From the NCBI GenBank assembly GCA_963826845.1, contig CAWGYS010000025.1, positions 1,606 through 65,605 of the forward strand: a stretch of 64,000 bases of DNA. The letters run 5' to 3'. The DNA is from an uncultured Acidobacteriaceae bacterium. GTDB lineage: Bacteria; Acidobacteriota; Terriglobia; Terriglobales; Acidobacteriaceae. The notes under the pieces were generated by a model. That model was not told the DNA's origin, ran no database searches, and was given only the letters and a program-made list of their open reading frames with translations. Of this stretch, positions 51,078 through 60,360 are shown piece after piece; position 1 is the stretch's first letter; each line of letters opens with the position of its first letter. The translations under genes and the position numbers were made by a program.

Positions 51078-53729
51078 CTAAGGATGTCCTGACCGCGGAT
51101 TGATTCCCAAATGTTTAATCTTGGATTGCAGCGTAGTCCGCTTCAGCCCCAAGCGCGTGGCTGCACCTCTCAGCCCGCCAATCTGGCCGTGGCTGTCCCT
51201 TAGAGCGCGCAGAATATGCTCGCGTTCCGTTGCCTCCAGAGTTTCATCCACGAACTTACGCTCCACCGCGTTCGGGCCCATCTCGCTTAACGGCGACACC
51301 AGCACCGAACCCTGCGTCAGGATCACCGACCGCTCGACAAAATTCTCCAGCTCCCGCACATTCCCCGGCCACTCCCACCCTATTAGTGCATCCATAGTTT
51401 TCCTGGGAATGCTAGTAATCTGCTTGTTCATCCGCCGGGAAAACTTCTGCACAAAATGTTCCACCAGCAATGGGATGTCCTCCCGCCGTTCGCGCAACGG
51501 CGGCACGCGAATCGGGAACACGTTCAGCCGGTAATACAAATCGCTGCGAAACTCATTTTGCCGTACGACATCTGCCAGATCGCGGTTCGTCGCCGCAATC
51601 AAGCGAAAGTCCACTTTCAACGTCTGCGTCCCGCCTAGGCGTTCGAATTCCTGATCCTGTAGCACCCGCAGCAGCTTAGGCTGCAGCGCCAGCGAAATTT
51701 CCCCGATTTCGTCTAGAAACAGCGTGCCCTTGTCCGCCAGTTCGAGTCGTCCAATCTTCCTGCTCACCGCTCCCGTAAACGCGCCCTTTTCATTGCCGAA
51801 CAGCTCACTCTCCAGCAGGCCCGACGGAATCGCCGCGCAATTCAGTTTGACGAAGCTGTTGTTAACACGCTGGCTTAGGCGGTGGATCGCCCGTGCCACC
51901 AGTTCCTTCCCTGTCCCCGTTTCGCCGAGCAGCAGCACTGTGGCATCGCTGGCCGCCACTTTCCCCACCTGCTCCATAACCGATTGCAGGGCTTTACTCT
52001 GCCCTACGATCTCGCCAAATCCCAGTTCTGTATCGATCTCCTGCTCCAGATAAAGTTTCTCTTCCGTAAGCTTTTTCTTTGCTTCGCACAGTTCTTGCAT
52101 CAGGCCCACGATGGCCTCTTCTGACTGTCTCCGCTCGGTGACATCCTGCGCCAGACCCATGTGCCACCGGTGCGTATCCCCTTTATCCCACATCGGCACC
52201 ACCAGAATCTTTACCCAGCGCACCGATCCATCCGGTCGAAGATACCTTTTTTCCATTTCGTAATTTGCCAGCTTTTCCTCCGCCAAATCGTGGAAGTATT
52301 CATTTCCCTGCCGAACATCGTCGGGGTGGGTAATGCTCCCGACGTCGATCTGCAGCAGTTCATCTTCGCTGCGCCCGGTGATTTCGCAATATTTCGGATT
52401 GACTTGCAGGAAGCGCCCGGTGCGGGAATCGACCAGAGCGATGCCAATCGGAGAGCGCTCGTACACCGTCCGGAACCGCAATTCGCTTTCTCGCAACGCA
52501 TCCTCTGACCGTTTCTGCTCCGTGATGTCGCGCATGACGCATGCCACGCGATCGATTCCTGTCGCACCTTCTACCGGCAGATACGTGACTGCTATATCCC
52601 TCACGCCCACCCCTGGATATTGATACTTGACCTCGTAGTTGACGACTTTTCCACGGAAACACTCATTCAGTTTTTCCTTGACCACGGTTTCATAGACCTC
52701 GGGGATTATTAACTCCGCTAAGGAGTGTCCTACAACCTGTTCTTTCGTCATTCCCCGATGCCTAAATAACGCCTGGTTCGCGAGTACGTACCGATGTTCC
52801 CGGTCCACCACTACGATCATTTCTTCCAGATGCTCCACTACTCTTTCGAACTCTCGAAGCCGCTCCTCCGCCCGCTTCCGCTCGGTGATGTCTCGCGATA
52901 TGGACACGCTATATTCCCGGTCCAGTTGTACTCGCCGCATATTTACTTCCACTGGGAACGTTGTCCCATCTCTTCGACGGTGCACCGTTTCCATGATCGC
53001 GAATCCTGACTCCTGCAAGTGCTGCCGAACCCGCGCGACCAAGATGTCGTCGGCGTTCGGGTCGATGTCACGAACCGTCAGGGATAGAAGTTCGTTGCGG
53101 GTATAACCCAGTTCCGCGCATGCCTTCTCATTTACATCGAGAAAACGCAGGGTTTCCGGATCAATTACCTTGATGGCATCGTTCGATTGGTCCAGCAACG
53201 TCCGGAACAGCGTCAACTCGCGTACCGTCCGCTCTCGGTCTTCAGCCGTCCTTACCAGTTGTTCGTTGGTCACGCGCAGCGCCTTCTCTGCCCGCATCCG
53301 CTCCGTGACGTCGTGCGCGATCCCCCGCACTATCGCTGTCCCCACTCCCTCGGTGCGCAGCGTGTTGTGATACTCCCAGACGCGCTGCTCGCCCGATCGC
53401 GTGATTACCGCCAAGAGGCCGCGAGCTTCCCCCGCGCGCGCGATCTCGCCCAGATAGGCATCGAATTGCGCGCGGAATTGCGGGTCGACAAAATCCCGCA
53501 TCGGCTTCTCCATCATTTCTTCTACGCTGTAACCCAGCAGACGCGCTGGAACGGGATTGACCGACAGGAATCGGCCTTCAAGATCGTGGGCACACAACAA
53601 GTCTTGGCTGTGCTGAACTAAATCGCGATACCAGTCTCCGTCTTGTTCCAGGTCCCGCCGGATCGGGTCCCACGTGACTGGCAATTCTTCCGGAAAGCGG
53701 CGCTTTTGTTCCCCAGGGTGCAATGCCAT
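51078..53729 (-). CDS. Sigma54-dependent transcriptional activator with four PAS domains, an AAA+ domain and a Fis-type HTH
   Basis: Intact 883 aa. Repeated PAS blocks end in ...DVTERMRAE, DITERKRAE, DITEQKRSE and DVTERRQSE. The AAA+ sigma54-interaction domain carries LLLGETGTGKELVARAIH, ESELFGNEKGAFTGA and RFRSDLYYRLNVFPI. The C-terminal HTH reads AATRLGLKRTTLQSKIKHLGI. Confidence 0.9.
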   Translation of the reverse strand: MALHPGEQKRRFPEELPVTWDPIRRDLEQDGDWYRDLVQHSQDLLCAHDLEGRFLSVNPVPARLLGYSVEEMMEKPMRDFVDPQFRAQFDAYLGEIARAGEARGLLAVITRSGEQRVWEYHNTLRTEGVGTAIVRGIAHDVTERMRAEKALRVTNEQLVRTAEDRERTVRELTLFRTLLDQSNDAIKVIDPETLRFLDVNEKACAELGYTRNELLSLTVRDIDPNADDILVARVRQHLQESGFAIMETVHRRRDGTTFPVEVNMRRVQLDREYSVSISRDITERKRAEERLREFERVVEHLEEMIVVVDREHRYVLANQALFRHRGMTKEQVVGHSLAELIIPEVYETVVKEKLNECFRGKVVNYEVKYQYPGVGVRDIAVTYLPVEGATGIDRVACVMRDITEQKRSEDALRESELRFRTVYERSPIGIALVDSRTGRFLQVNPKYCEITGRSEDELLQIDVGSITHPDDVRQGNEYFHDLAEEKLANYEMEKRYLRPDGSVRWVKILVVPMWDKGDTHRWHMGLAQDVTERRQSEEAIVGLMQELCEAKKKLTEEKLYLEQEIDTELGFGEIVGQSKALQSVMEQVGKVAASDATVLLLGETGTGKELVARAIHRLSQRVNNSFVKLNCAAIPSGLLESELFGNEKGAFTGAVSRKIGRLELADKGTLFLDEIGEISLALQPKLLRVLQDQEFERLGGTQTLKVDFRLIAATNRDLADVVRQNEFRSDLYYRLNVFPIRVPPLRERREDIPLLVEHFVQKFSRRMNKQITSIPRKTMDALIGWEWPGNVRELENFVERSVILTQGSVLVSPLSEMGPNAVERKFVDETLEATEREHILRALRDSHGQIGGLRGAATRLGLKRTTLQSKIKHLGINPRSGHP

Positions 53730-54004
53730 GGCTCACCCCACAGCGAGCCGCGTGGAACGCTCGATTCCAACTGGCCAGATCTGTTCCAGCAGTCGCCCAA
53801 TTTTTGTAGCGCCTAGAAGCCCCTCGATCATGCCCTCTAAGCTTCGCCTGTTTGTGACTTATGCCTTTTTGAACTTGTCCGAGTTACCTCGGTCTTATAG
53901 CTCTTTAGCGGGAAAGTCTAACACAGTATAGTTTTGCCGCAATTTTTGCGAAATACCACTTTAGTGCTCGGATGCCACCGGGCTGGCAATCCTACTCACG
54001 ACGC

Positions 54005-54274
54005 CTAAGTGCCAAATCTTTCGGCGGCACGAGCTTTGGCCTTGGCTGCCTCTTCTTCTCGATTCTTCGGCGGCGCATTGGTGTCGAGCACGTGGAGAAG
54101 GCGGGCGGAGATATCGGCGATTTCGTCGATGGCAGCCAGGAACGCGGCTTCGTTGGCCTTCGACGGTTTATTAAAGCCGGTGATTTTCCTAACGAATTGC
54201 AGCGAAGCGGCTCGGACCTCATCGTCGGTGACGGGCGGGTCGAAGTTAAAGAGGGTTTTTATGTTCCGGCACAT
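54005..54274 (-). CDS. DUF2277-like small protein
   Basis: 89 aa: MCRNIKTLFNFDPPVTDDEVRAASLQFVRKITGFNKPSKANEAAF.... This matches my memory of the conserved DUF2277 N-terminus (MCRNI..L.NF.PPAT..E..AAALQ.VRK.SG). Confidence 0.65.
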   Translation of the reverse strand: MCRNIKTLFNFDPPVTDDEVRAASLQFVRKITGFNKPSKANEAAFLAAIDEIADISARLLHVLDTNAPPKNREEEAAKAKARAAERFGT

Positions 54275-54493
54275 TCGGTTGTTACCTCTCAGTGCGCCTC
54301 GACAGATCGGAACTCCCAGGGACGTGAGAGCGTTTCGTCCGGTCAGACTCGAGGGGCTAACTATCCACGATATTTTCTCATTTTTCCTCGTTAATAAGCA
54401 CTTCGCGATTGGGGGAGGGCCGGTTTTGACGACGTCGGGCTCGGGAGCTGCCTCAATTGGCGCCGACCAGCCTCTCGCGCTTTGCGAGGATAG

Positions 54494-54517
54494 TGGTACC
54501 GTGGTACATTTGTACCA
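54494..54517. promoter_or_regulatory. Candidate operator: TGGTACC + TGGTACA-tt-TGTACCA overlapping the start codon of the RHH-like gene
   Basis: tggtacc lies at 54494..54500. tggtaca (54502..54508) and tgtacca (54511..54517) form a perfect 7-bp inverted repeat with a 2-nt spacer. The final A is the A of ATG 54517. Confidence 0.4.
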
Positions 54518-54834
54518 TGATCCATGAATCGCAACTCCTGATCGAGCGCGTGCAGACTGGCGTCCGTATGGAAAAGCGCCTCCTCAAGGTTCTCAAGGCT
54601 CTTGCCGAATATCACGACATGTCTCTCGGCGACTTGCTCGAAGGCATCGTACTCCACGCCTTCGACGGAAAAGTGCCCTTCAGCTCCGAATCGCTCAAAC
54701 GCATTCGCGACCTGAAGAAGTTCTACGCCCTCGATCTCGACTCCAGCGCCAGCCACCGCCTGACCGAAAGGCGACGACTGGCAGCAAAAACCAAGGCTGT
54801 TTCAGCGAAGCGAAACTTGGGTGGCCGAAAATGA
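54517..54834 (+). CDS. Hypothetical small protein, possibly ribbon-helix-helix DNA-binding
   Basis: 105 aa from ATG 54517. TGVRMEKRLLKVLKALAEYHDMSLGDLLEGIVLHAF has the beta-strand/helix/helix spacing of CopG/Arc-type RHH domains. This is inference only. A basic tail follows. Confidence 0.5.
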   Translation: MIHESQLLIERVQTGVRMEKRLLKVLKALAEYHDMSLGDLLEGIVLHAFDGKVPFSSESLKRIRDLKKFYALDLDSSASHRLTERRRLAAKTKAVSAKRNLGGRK

Positions 54835-55223
54835 CCGGCGAGGATCTGATCCGAGAATTCGAGCAAGGCGCCACTCCGGCGAACACGTTCCACCACGCCG
54901 ACCACGTCCGGCTGGCCTTTGAGTATCTGTGCCGATATTCGGCGCTCGAAGCGCTGCAACGATTCTCGGATGCGTTGCAGCGGTTTGCCGCAGCGCAGGG
55001 CAAAGCGCAGCGTTACCACGAGACGATAACTTGGGCCTACCTGCTTCTGATCCGTGAGCGCATCGCCCGAGCCGGCAGCGCCCAGTCGTGGGAAGAATTC
55101 GCTGAGCGCAACCCTGACCTGCTCGTCTGGAAAGGCGGCATGCTGACGACCCTCTATCGTCAAGAGACACTCGACTCCGACCTCGCCCGCCAAACCTTCG
55201 TTCTCCCTGATCGGATCCTCTAG
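54831..55223 (+). CDS. Hypothetical helical protein, translationally coupled to the preceding gene
   Basis: Intact 130 aa. Its ATG overlaps the upstream stop (ATGA at 54831..54834). I recognise no motif (FHHADHVRLAFEYL...YHETITWAYLLLIRERI). Confidence 0.55.
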   Translation: MTGEDLIREFEQGATPANTFHHADHVRLAFEYLCRYSALEALQRFSDALQRFAAAQGKAQRYHETITWAYLLLIRERIARAGSAQSWEEFAERNPDLLVWKGGMLTTLYRQETLDSDLARQTFVLPDRIL

Positions 55224-55262
55224 TACTTTTCACGGCACGAGTCTCCAAGCTTTGGAATTTCC

Positions 55263-55290
55263 TAAGACCTAAGACCTATGACCTATGACC
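55263..55290. repeat. Heptad tandem array, TAAGACC/TATGACC family (4 units), upstream of nuoA
   Basis: taagacc taagacc tatgacc tatgacc, ending 73 nt upstream of nuoA ATG 55364. Confidence 0.9.
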
Positions 55291-55363
55291 TGCCAGCTTG
55301 ATGCCAAACCACTTCGGCGTTAGTATTTCGAGTTCGCTTGAATCGCGACTTTTTTGAGGGCTC

Positions 55364-55720
55364 ATGCCGCAGAATTACGTTCCCATCTTCATCTTCCTCG
55401 CCGTCGTCGGCATCTTGATCCCGGTCACGCTGCTGATCACCAAAATCATCCGCACGCAGAGCCCCAACCGCGTCAAGCTGATGCCTTACGAGTGCGGCAT
55501 CGATCCCTACGACGACGCCCGCGGACGCTACACCGTCCGCTATTACATCATCGCCATACTTTTCGTGATCTTTGACGTGGAGACAATCTTCTTGTTTCCG
55601 TGGGCGGTGAAGTTCAAAGCGCTCGGCCGCTTCGGACTGATCGAAATACTGGTATTTCTCGTCATTCTGATCGTCGGCTACGTGTGGGTCTGGAAGAAGG
55701 GCGCGCTCGAATGGGTGTAA
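55364..55720 (+). CDS. nuoA: NADH-quinone oxidoreductase subunit A
   Basis: Intact 118 aa. Motifs are YECGIDP, YYIIAILFVIFDVETIFLFPWA and WKKGALEW. Confidence 0.9.
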   Translation: MPQNYVPIFIFLAVVGILIPVTLLITKIIRTQSPNRVKLMPYECGIDPYDDARGRYTVRYYIIAILFVIFDVETIFLFPWAVKFKALGRFGLIEILVFLVILIVGYVWVWKKGALEWV

Positions 55721-56043
55721 GCCCGACGGTCCCCAATACGGCCGTTTCCGAGGAAACCTTCAGCGCCAGCCGCTGGACCAAGGGGAACCTGTGGTTTCCG
55801 ACACTCATCGTGGTCAGCCCGCTGCGCGTGAGCCGCGTGAAGAAGCGTCTGTTCGGCAGCAACGAGGAGAGCATTTCAATCTCCCAGGTAGCTTCGGTGA
55901 AGATTTCGACGGGAATGGTTTGGTCAAACATTGTGATTGAGTCCAGCGGAGGCACCGATCCGATCACCAGCCACGGCCATCGCAAAGCCGATGCGTTGCG
56001 CATCCGCGACCTGGTCGAAGGTTTTCAGGCGGCCCGGCGGTAG
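55711..56043 (+). CDS. Small PH-like (bacterial pleckstrin-homology-type) domain protein in the position normally held by nuoB
   Basis: 110 aa. The ATG overlaps the nuoA stop by 10 nt. FSASRWTKGNLWFPTLIVVSP...ISISQVASVKISTGMVWSNIVIESSGG...GHRKADALRIRDLVE resembles bPH-type domains. It has no cysteine at all, so it is not a NuoB. Confidence 0.55.
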   Translation: MGVSPTVPNTAVSEETFSASRWTKGNLWFPTLIVVSPLRVSRVKKRLFGSNEESISISQVASVKISTGMVWSNIVIESSGGTDPITSHGHRKADALRIRDLVEGFQAARR

Positions 56044-56184
56044 CGTTGCACGTGGATAAATGCGGCGTCCCGCGAGTCGTGACAGGTTTTGCATTGACGC
56101 TGACTGCAATCAACTGTTAGAAGTGAAGGTTCCGAAATGCGTGCGCGGCTTTTGTAGCAGTCTCTAGAGACGACAGACCCCAGC

Positions 56185-56850
56185 ATGGCCGAGGAAGTCA
56201 AATCGCCCGCTCCACCACCGCCGGAAGGCGAGAACAAGCCGACGGCGGAAAAGCCATCGTTCCGCACCGCCCCCGCCGCACCGCCTGCCGCCGCTGCGCC
56301 GCCTGCCGCGCCGGCAAAGCCCGCCGCTCCCGCCAAGCCCGCCGGTCCGGTCCCGATGCCGTGGACCTCGCCGTTGGTGGAAAAGTACCGCAGCCAGTAC
56401 GGCTCGGCTCTCGACGCGCAGACTTATCTGGGACAGAACTATCTTGCCGTAGACCGCTCGCTCATTCCCGACATCCTGCGCCTGCTGCGCGACGAAGAGC
56501 AATTCGACTACTGCGTCGATATCACCGCCGTGCATTATCCGAAGCGCGAAAAGCAATTCGACGTAGTCTGGATCCTTTATTCTTTCGCGCGCAATGAGCG
56601 CATGCGCGTGAAAACGCAAATCGCCGACGGCGCGTCCATCGCCTCCAGCGTCTCAATCTGGGCGACCGCCAACTGGCTGGAGCGCGAAGTTTACGATATG
56701 TTCGGGATCCAGTTCGACGGCCATCCCAACATGACGCGCATCCTTCTGCCCGACGGCTGGAAAGGCCATCCGCTGCGCAAGGATTACGGCATTCTGCAGC
56801 AGGACAAAGAGTGGGTGCAGATCAACCTCGGAATCGAGAGCGGACAATGA
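56185..56850 (+). CDS. nuoC: NADH-quinone oxidoreductase subunit C with Pro/Ala-rich N-terminal extension
   Basis: Intact 221 aa. After ~55 aa of PAPPPPEG...APPAAAAPPAAPAKPAAPAKPAGP comes the 30-kDa subunit core: DITAVHYPKREKQFDVVWILYS, ANWLEREVYDMFGIQFDGHPN and ILLPDGWKGHPLRKDY. Confidence 0.9.
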   Translation: MAEEVKSPAPPPPEGENKPTAEKPSFRTAPAAPPAAAAPPAAPAKPAAPAKPAGPVPMPWTSPLVEKYRSQYGSALDAQTYLGQNYLAVDRSLIPDILRLLRDEEQFDYCVDITAVHYPKREKQFDVVWILYSFARNERMRVKTQIADGASIASSVSIWATANWLEREVYDMFGIQFDGHPNMTRILLPDGWKGHPLRKDYGILQQDKEWVQINLGIESGQ

Positions 56851-58029
56851 CCGTCTACAACGACGACACCGCGAACGACGTCTCCGTCCGCACGCCTTCG
56901 CGCCTCGATCCTGGAAACTCCCGAGAAGCCTTATCTCGATTCGAACGAACTCATCATCAACATGGGCCCGCAGCATCCGGCGACCCACGGCGTGTTGCGC
57001 GTCATCCTGAAGCTTGACGGCGAAAAAGTTCTCGGCACCGAATGCATCATCGGATACCTGCACCGCGGCGTGGAGAAAATCGCCGAGAACCGCACCTACA
57101 CGATGTTCAATCCGTACGTCGATCGTATGGATTACGTCGCCGCCGTCTCGAATGGCCTCGGCTACTGCGAAGCGGTCGAGAAGTTGATGAACGTGGAAGC
57201 GCCGCCGCGCGCCAAATATATTCGCGTCATCCTCACTGAACTGAACCGCATCGCCAGCCACCAGCTTTGGCTGGGCACGCACGCGCTCGATATCGGAGCC
57301 ATGACGCCGCTGTTTTACACGTTCCGCGATCGGGAAGAGATCCTCAAGATTTTCGAAAAGTATTGCGGCGCTCGCCTGACCACGCATGCTTTTCGCATCG
57401 GCGGCTGCCAGTATGAAACATATGCCGGCTTCGAAAAAGACGTAAAGAATTTTCTGACCTTCGTCGCGCCGAAAATCGACGAATACGAAGAGCTGCTCAC
57501 CACCAACCGCATCTGGCTGGAGCGGACCAAGAACGTCGGCGTAATTTCCGCCGAGGATGCCATCGCGCTCGGCGTGACCGGGCCGGTGCTGCGCGCCAGC
57601 GGCGTGAAGTGGGACCTCCGCAAAGCCCAGCCCTACGCGGCGTATTCCGACTTCGATTTCGAAATTCCGATCGGCGAAAACGGCGACACCTACGACCGGT
57701 ACCTGGTTCGCATGGCCGAAATGCGCCAGTCGCTGCGCATCATCGAGCAGGCGGTGAACAGAATTCCCGAAGGCCCGATCATGGGCAAAGTGCCCAAGGT
57801 GATCAAGCCCCCGGTGGGCGAAATTTATCATTCGATCGAAGCGCCGAAAGGCGAGCTCGGATACTTCATCGTCAGTGACGGCTCCACGCAGCCCTATCGC
57901 CTGCGCGTGCGCCCGCCATCGTTTGTCAATTTGCAGGCGCTCGACATCATGGTGCGCGGACTGCTCGTCGCCGACGTGGTTGCCGTCATCGGCACGATTG
58001 ACATCGTGCTCGGCGAGGTGGACCGCTGA
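56847..58029 (+). CDS. nuoD: NADH-quinone oxidoreductase subunit D; one frame break near the 5' end
   Basis: ATG 56847 overlaps the nuoC stop (ATGA). [20 protein letters not shown] shifts frame near 56905-56915 into [38 protein letters not shown]...GYLHRGVEK...[18 protein letters not shown]...DRYLVRM.E..QS...[13 protein letters not shown]...VRPPSF.NLQAL. Confidence 0.9.
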
Positions 58030-59317
58030 TGCCCAATTTTGTCATGTCGTACCTCGGCAGCACGGTGACGCCCGGCGAAGCGGGCAACCAGTTCTGGGCG
58101 CTGATTTACGTGCTCATCATTTTCACGGGAGTGTCGGTGGCCGTAATGGCCATGAACTGGCTCGAGCGCAAGGCGCTCGCCCACTTCCAGATTCGCCTCG
58201 GCCCCATGCGCGTGGGCCCGCACGGATTGCTGCAGCCCATCGCCGACGCCATCAAGTTGGTGCTCAAAGAAGACATCATTCCCGCCGAAGCCGACCAGTT
58301 CGTTTTCTGGGTCGCGCCGCTCATCGGACTGCTCGCCGCATTCACGGTTTATATCGTGATTCCGTTCGGCCCTTCGCAGGCGGTCAGCGACATGAACATC
58401 GGCATCCTGTTTATGCTCGGCGTCTCGTCGCTTGGCGTGCTCGGCATCGTGGTCGCGGGATGGGCCTCGAACTCGCACTATCCGCTGATCGGCGCGCTGC
58501 GCTCGAGCGCGCAGATGGTGTCCTATGAAGTCGCCATGGGACTGGCGGTGGTCTCGGCGATCCTGATGACCAGCATGAACGCCAGCGGCACCGGCACGCT
58601 GAGCATGATCGGGATCGTCCAGGCGCAGCAGCAGCAGGGCATCTGGTTCGTCTTCAAATTCTTTCCGCTCGGCTTTATCGCCTTCGTGATTTTCGCCATC
58701 GCCATGGTTGCCGAGACCAACCGCGCGCCCTTTGACATGGCCGAAGCGGAATCGGAACTGACCGCCGGATATCACACCGAATACAGCGGGCTGCGCTGGT
58801 CGCTCTTCATGCTGGCCGAATATGCGGCCATGATTGCTGTTTCCTCGATCGCGGTCACGCTCTGGCTCGGCGGATGGATGCGTCCGTTCCCCAACCTGCT
58901 GCACGCCCCGGCGTGGGACTTTATCTTCTCGCTCTTCCCCGGCCTCACTTTCCTCGGACTGGCGGCGATTGCCTTCATCGGCACGGCGCGCATGCCGGCG
59001 CATTCTTTCTTCAGGATTCAGCGCGCCGGCCTTGCGGTTTTCGCGGCGCTGCTCGGCTTCATCGCGCTGCTGCTGCTGGTGATTGCGGTTGCCGGCCGGT
59101 CGGCGGATACAAGCCTCGCCGCCAGATTCCGCGAAGGCATCGATTACGTATATTGGTTCGTCCTCAAAGTCGCGGTCTTCATGTATCTGTTCATCTGGTA
59201 TCGCGCGACGTGGCCGCGTTACCGTTTCGACCAGTTGATGAGGATCGGATGGAAAGTGATGCTGCCGATCTCGCTCGGCGTGCTGATGTTGACTGCCATC
59301 GTGGGGGTGCTGGTTTC

Positions 59318-59321
<4 letters not shown>
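58029..59321 (+). CDS. nuoH: NADH-quinone oxidoreductase subunit H (long form, 430 aa)
   Basis: Intact. Motifs are ERKALAHFQIRLGPMRVGPHGLLQPIADAIKL, GWASNSHYPLIGALRSSAQMVSYEV, ETNRAPFDMAEAESELTAGYHTEYSG and WPRYRFDQLMRIGWK. About 90 extra residues, predicted as two TM segments, sit between LGGWMRPFP and YWFVLKV. Confidence 0.9.
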
Positions 59322-59885
<564 letters not shown>

Positions 59886-59890
59886 GTTCG

Positions 59891-59925
59891 CTGATCGCTG
59901 TTCGTCGCTCGCAAGACTGAGGCGA
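59891..59925. repeat. Heptad array, TCGCTGA/CGCTGTT family, between nuoJ and nuoK
   Basis: catcgtt cgctgat cgctgtt cgtcgct cgcaaga. The stretch tcgctgatcgctgttcgt matches 38822..38839 (tcgctgatcgctggtcgt) at 17 of 18 positions. Confidence 0.7.
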
Positions 59926-59956
59926 TGCGAATAGCTGAAGGACCAACGACGGTCTT

Positions 59957-60265
59957 ATGGTTCCAATAACCACATTTCACTATCTCGTCGTAGCGGCGGC
60001 ACTGTTCGTGCTGGGCGTGATCGGCGTGCTCACCCGCCGCAACGTGGTGATCGTGCTGATGTCGATCGAACTGATCCTGAACGCGGTGAACCTGAACCTG
60101 GTGGCGTTCTCGCGCATGTGGGGAAACCTGCACGGACAGGTGTTTACAATCTTTATCGTAGTGGACGCCGCCGCCGAAGCCGCAGTAGGCCTCGGAATTT
60201 TGATCGCCTTCTTCCGTAATAAAGAGACGATCAACGTGGATGAAATTGATTTGTTGAAATGGTAG
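59957..60265 (+). CDS. nuoK: NADH-quinone oxidoreductase subunit K
   Basis: Intact 102 aa. Motifs are [37 protein letters not shown] and [17 protein letters not shown]. Confidence 0.9.
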   Translation: MVPITTFHYLVVAAALFVLGVIGVLTRRNVVIVLMSIELILNAVNLNLVAFSRMWGNLHGQVFTIFIVVDAAAEAAVGLGILIAFFRNKETINVDEIDLLKW

Positions 60266-60313
60266 AAGACAGTTGTCAGTCGCTCTAGTTTTCAGTTAGA
60301 GCCTCTAAATGCG

Positions 60314-60360
60314 AACTGAAAGCCGTAACTGAAAACTGATAACTGAGAACTGAGAACTAA
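60314..60360. repeat. Heptad tandem array, ACTGAGA family, abutting the nuoL start codon
   Basis: aactgaa agccgta actgaaa actgata actgaga actgaga actaa, then ATG 60361. Confidence 0.85.

Noticed and set aside
55711-56184. A hidden or degraded nuoB between nuoA and nuoC.
   Set aside because: The only ORF there has no cysteine, whereas NuoB needs its CCxxE...C...C cluster ligands. Its motifs are PH-like, and the remaining 141 nt are too short.
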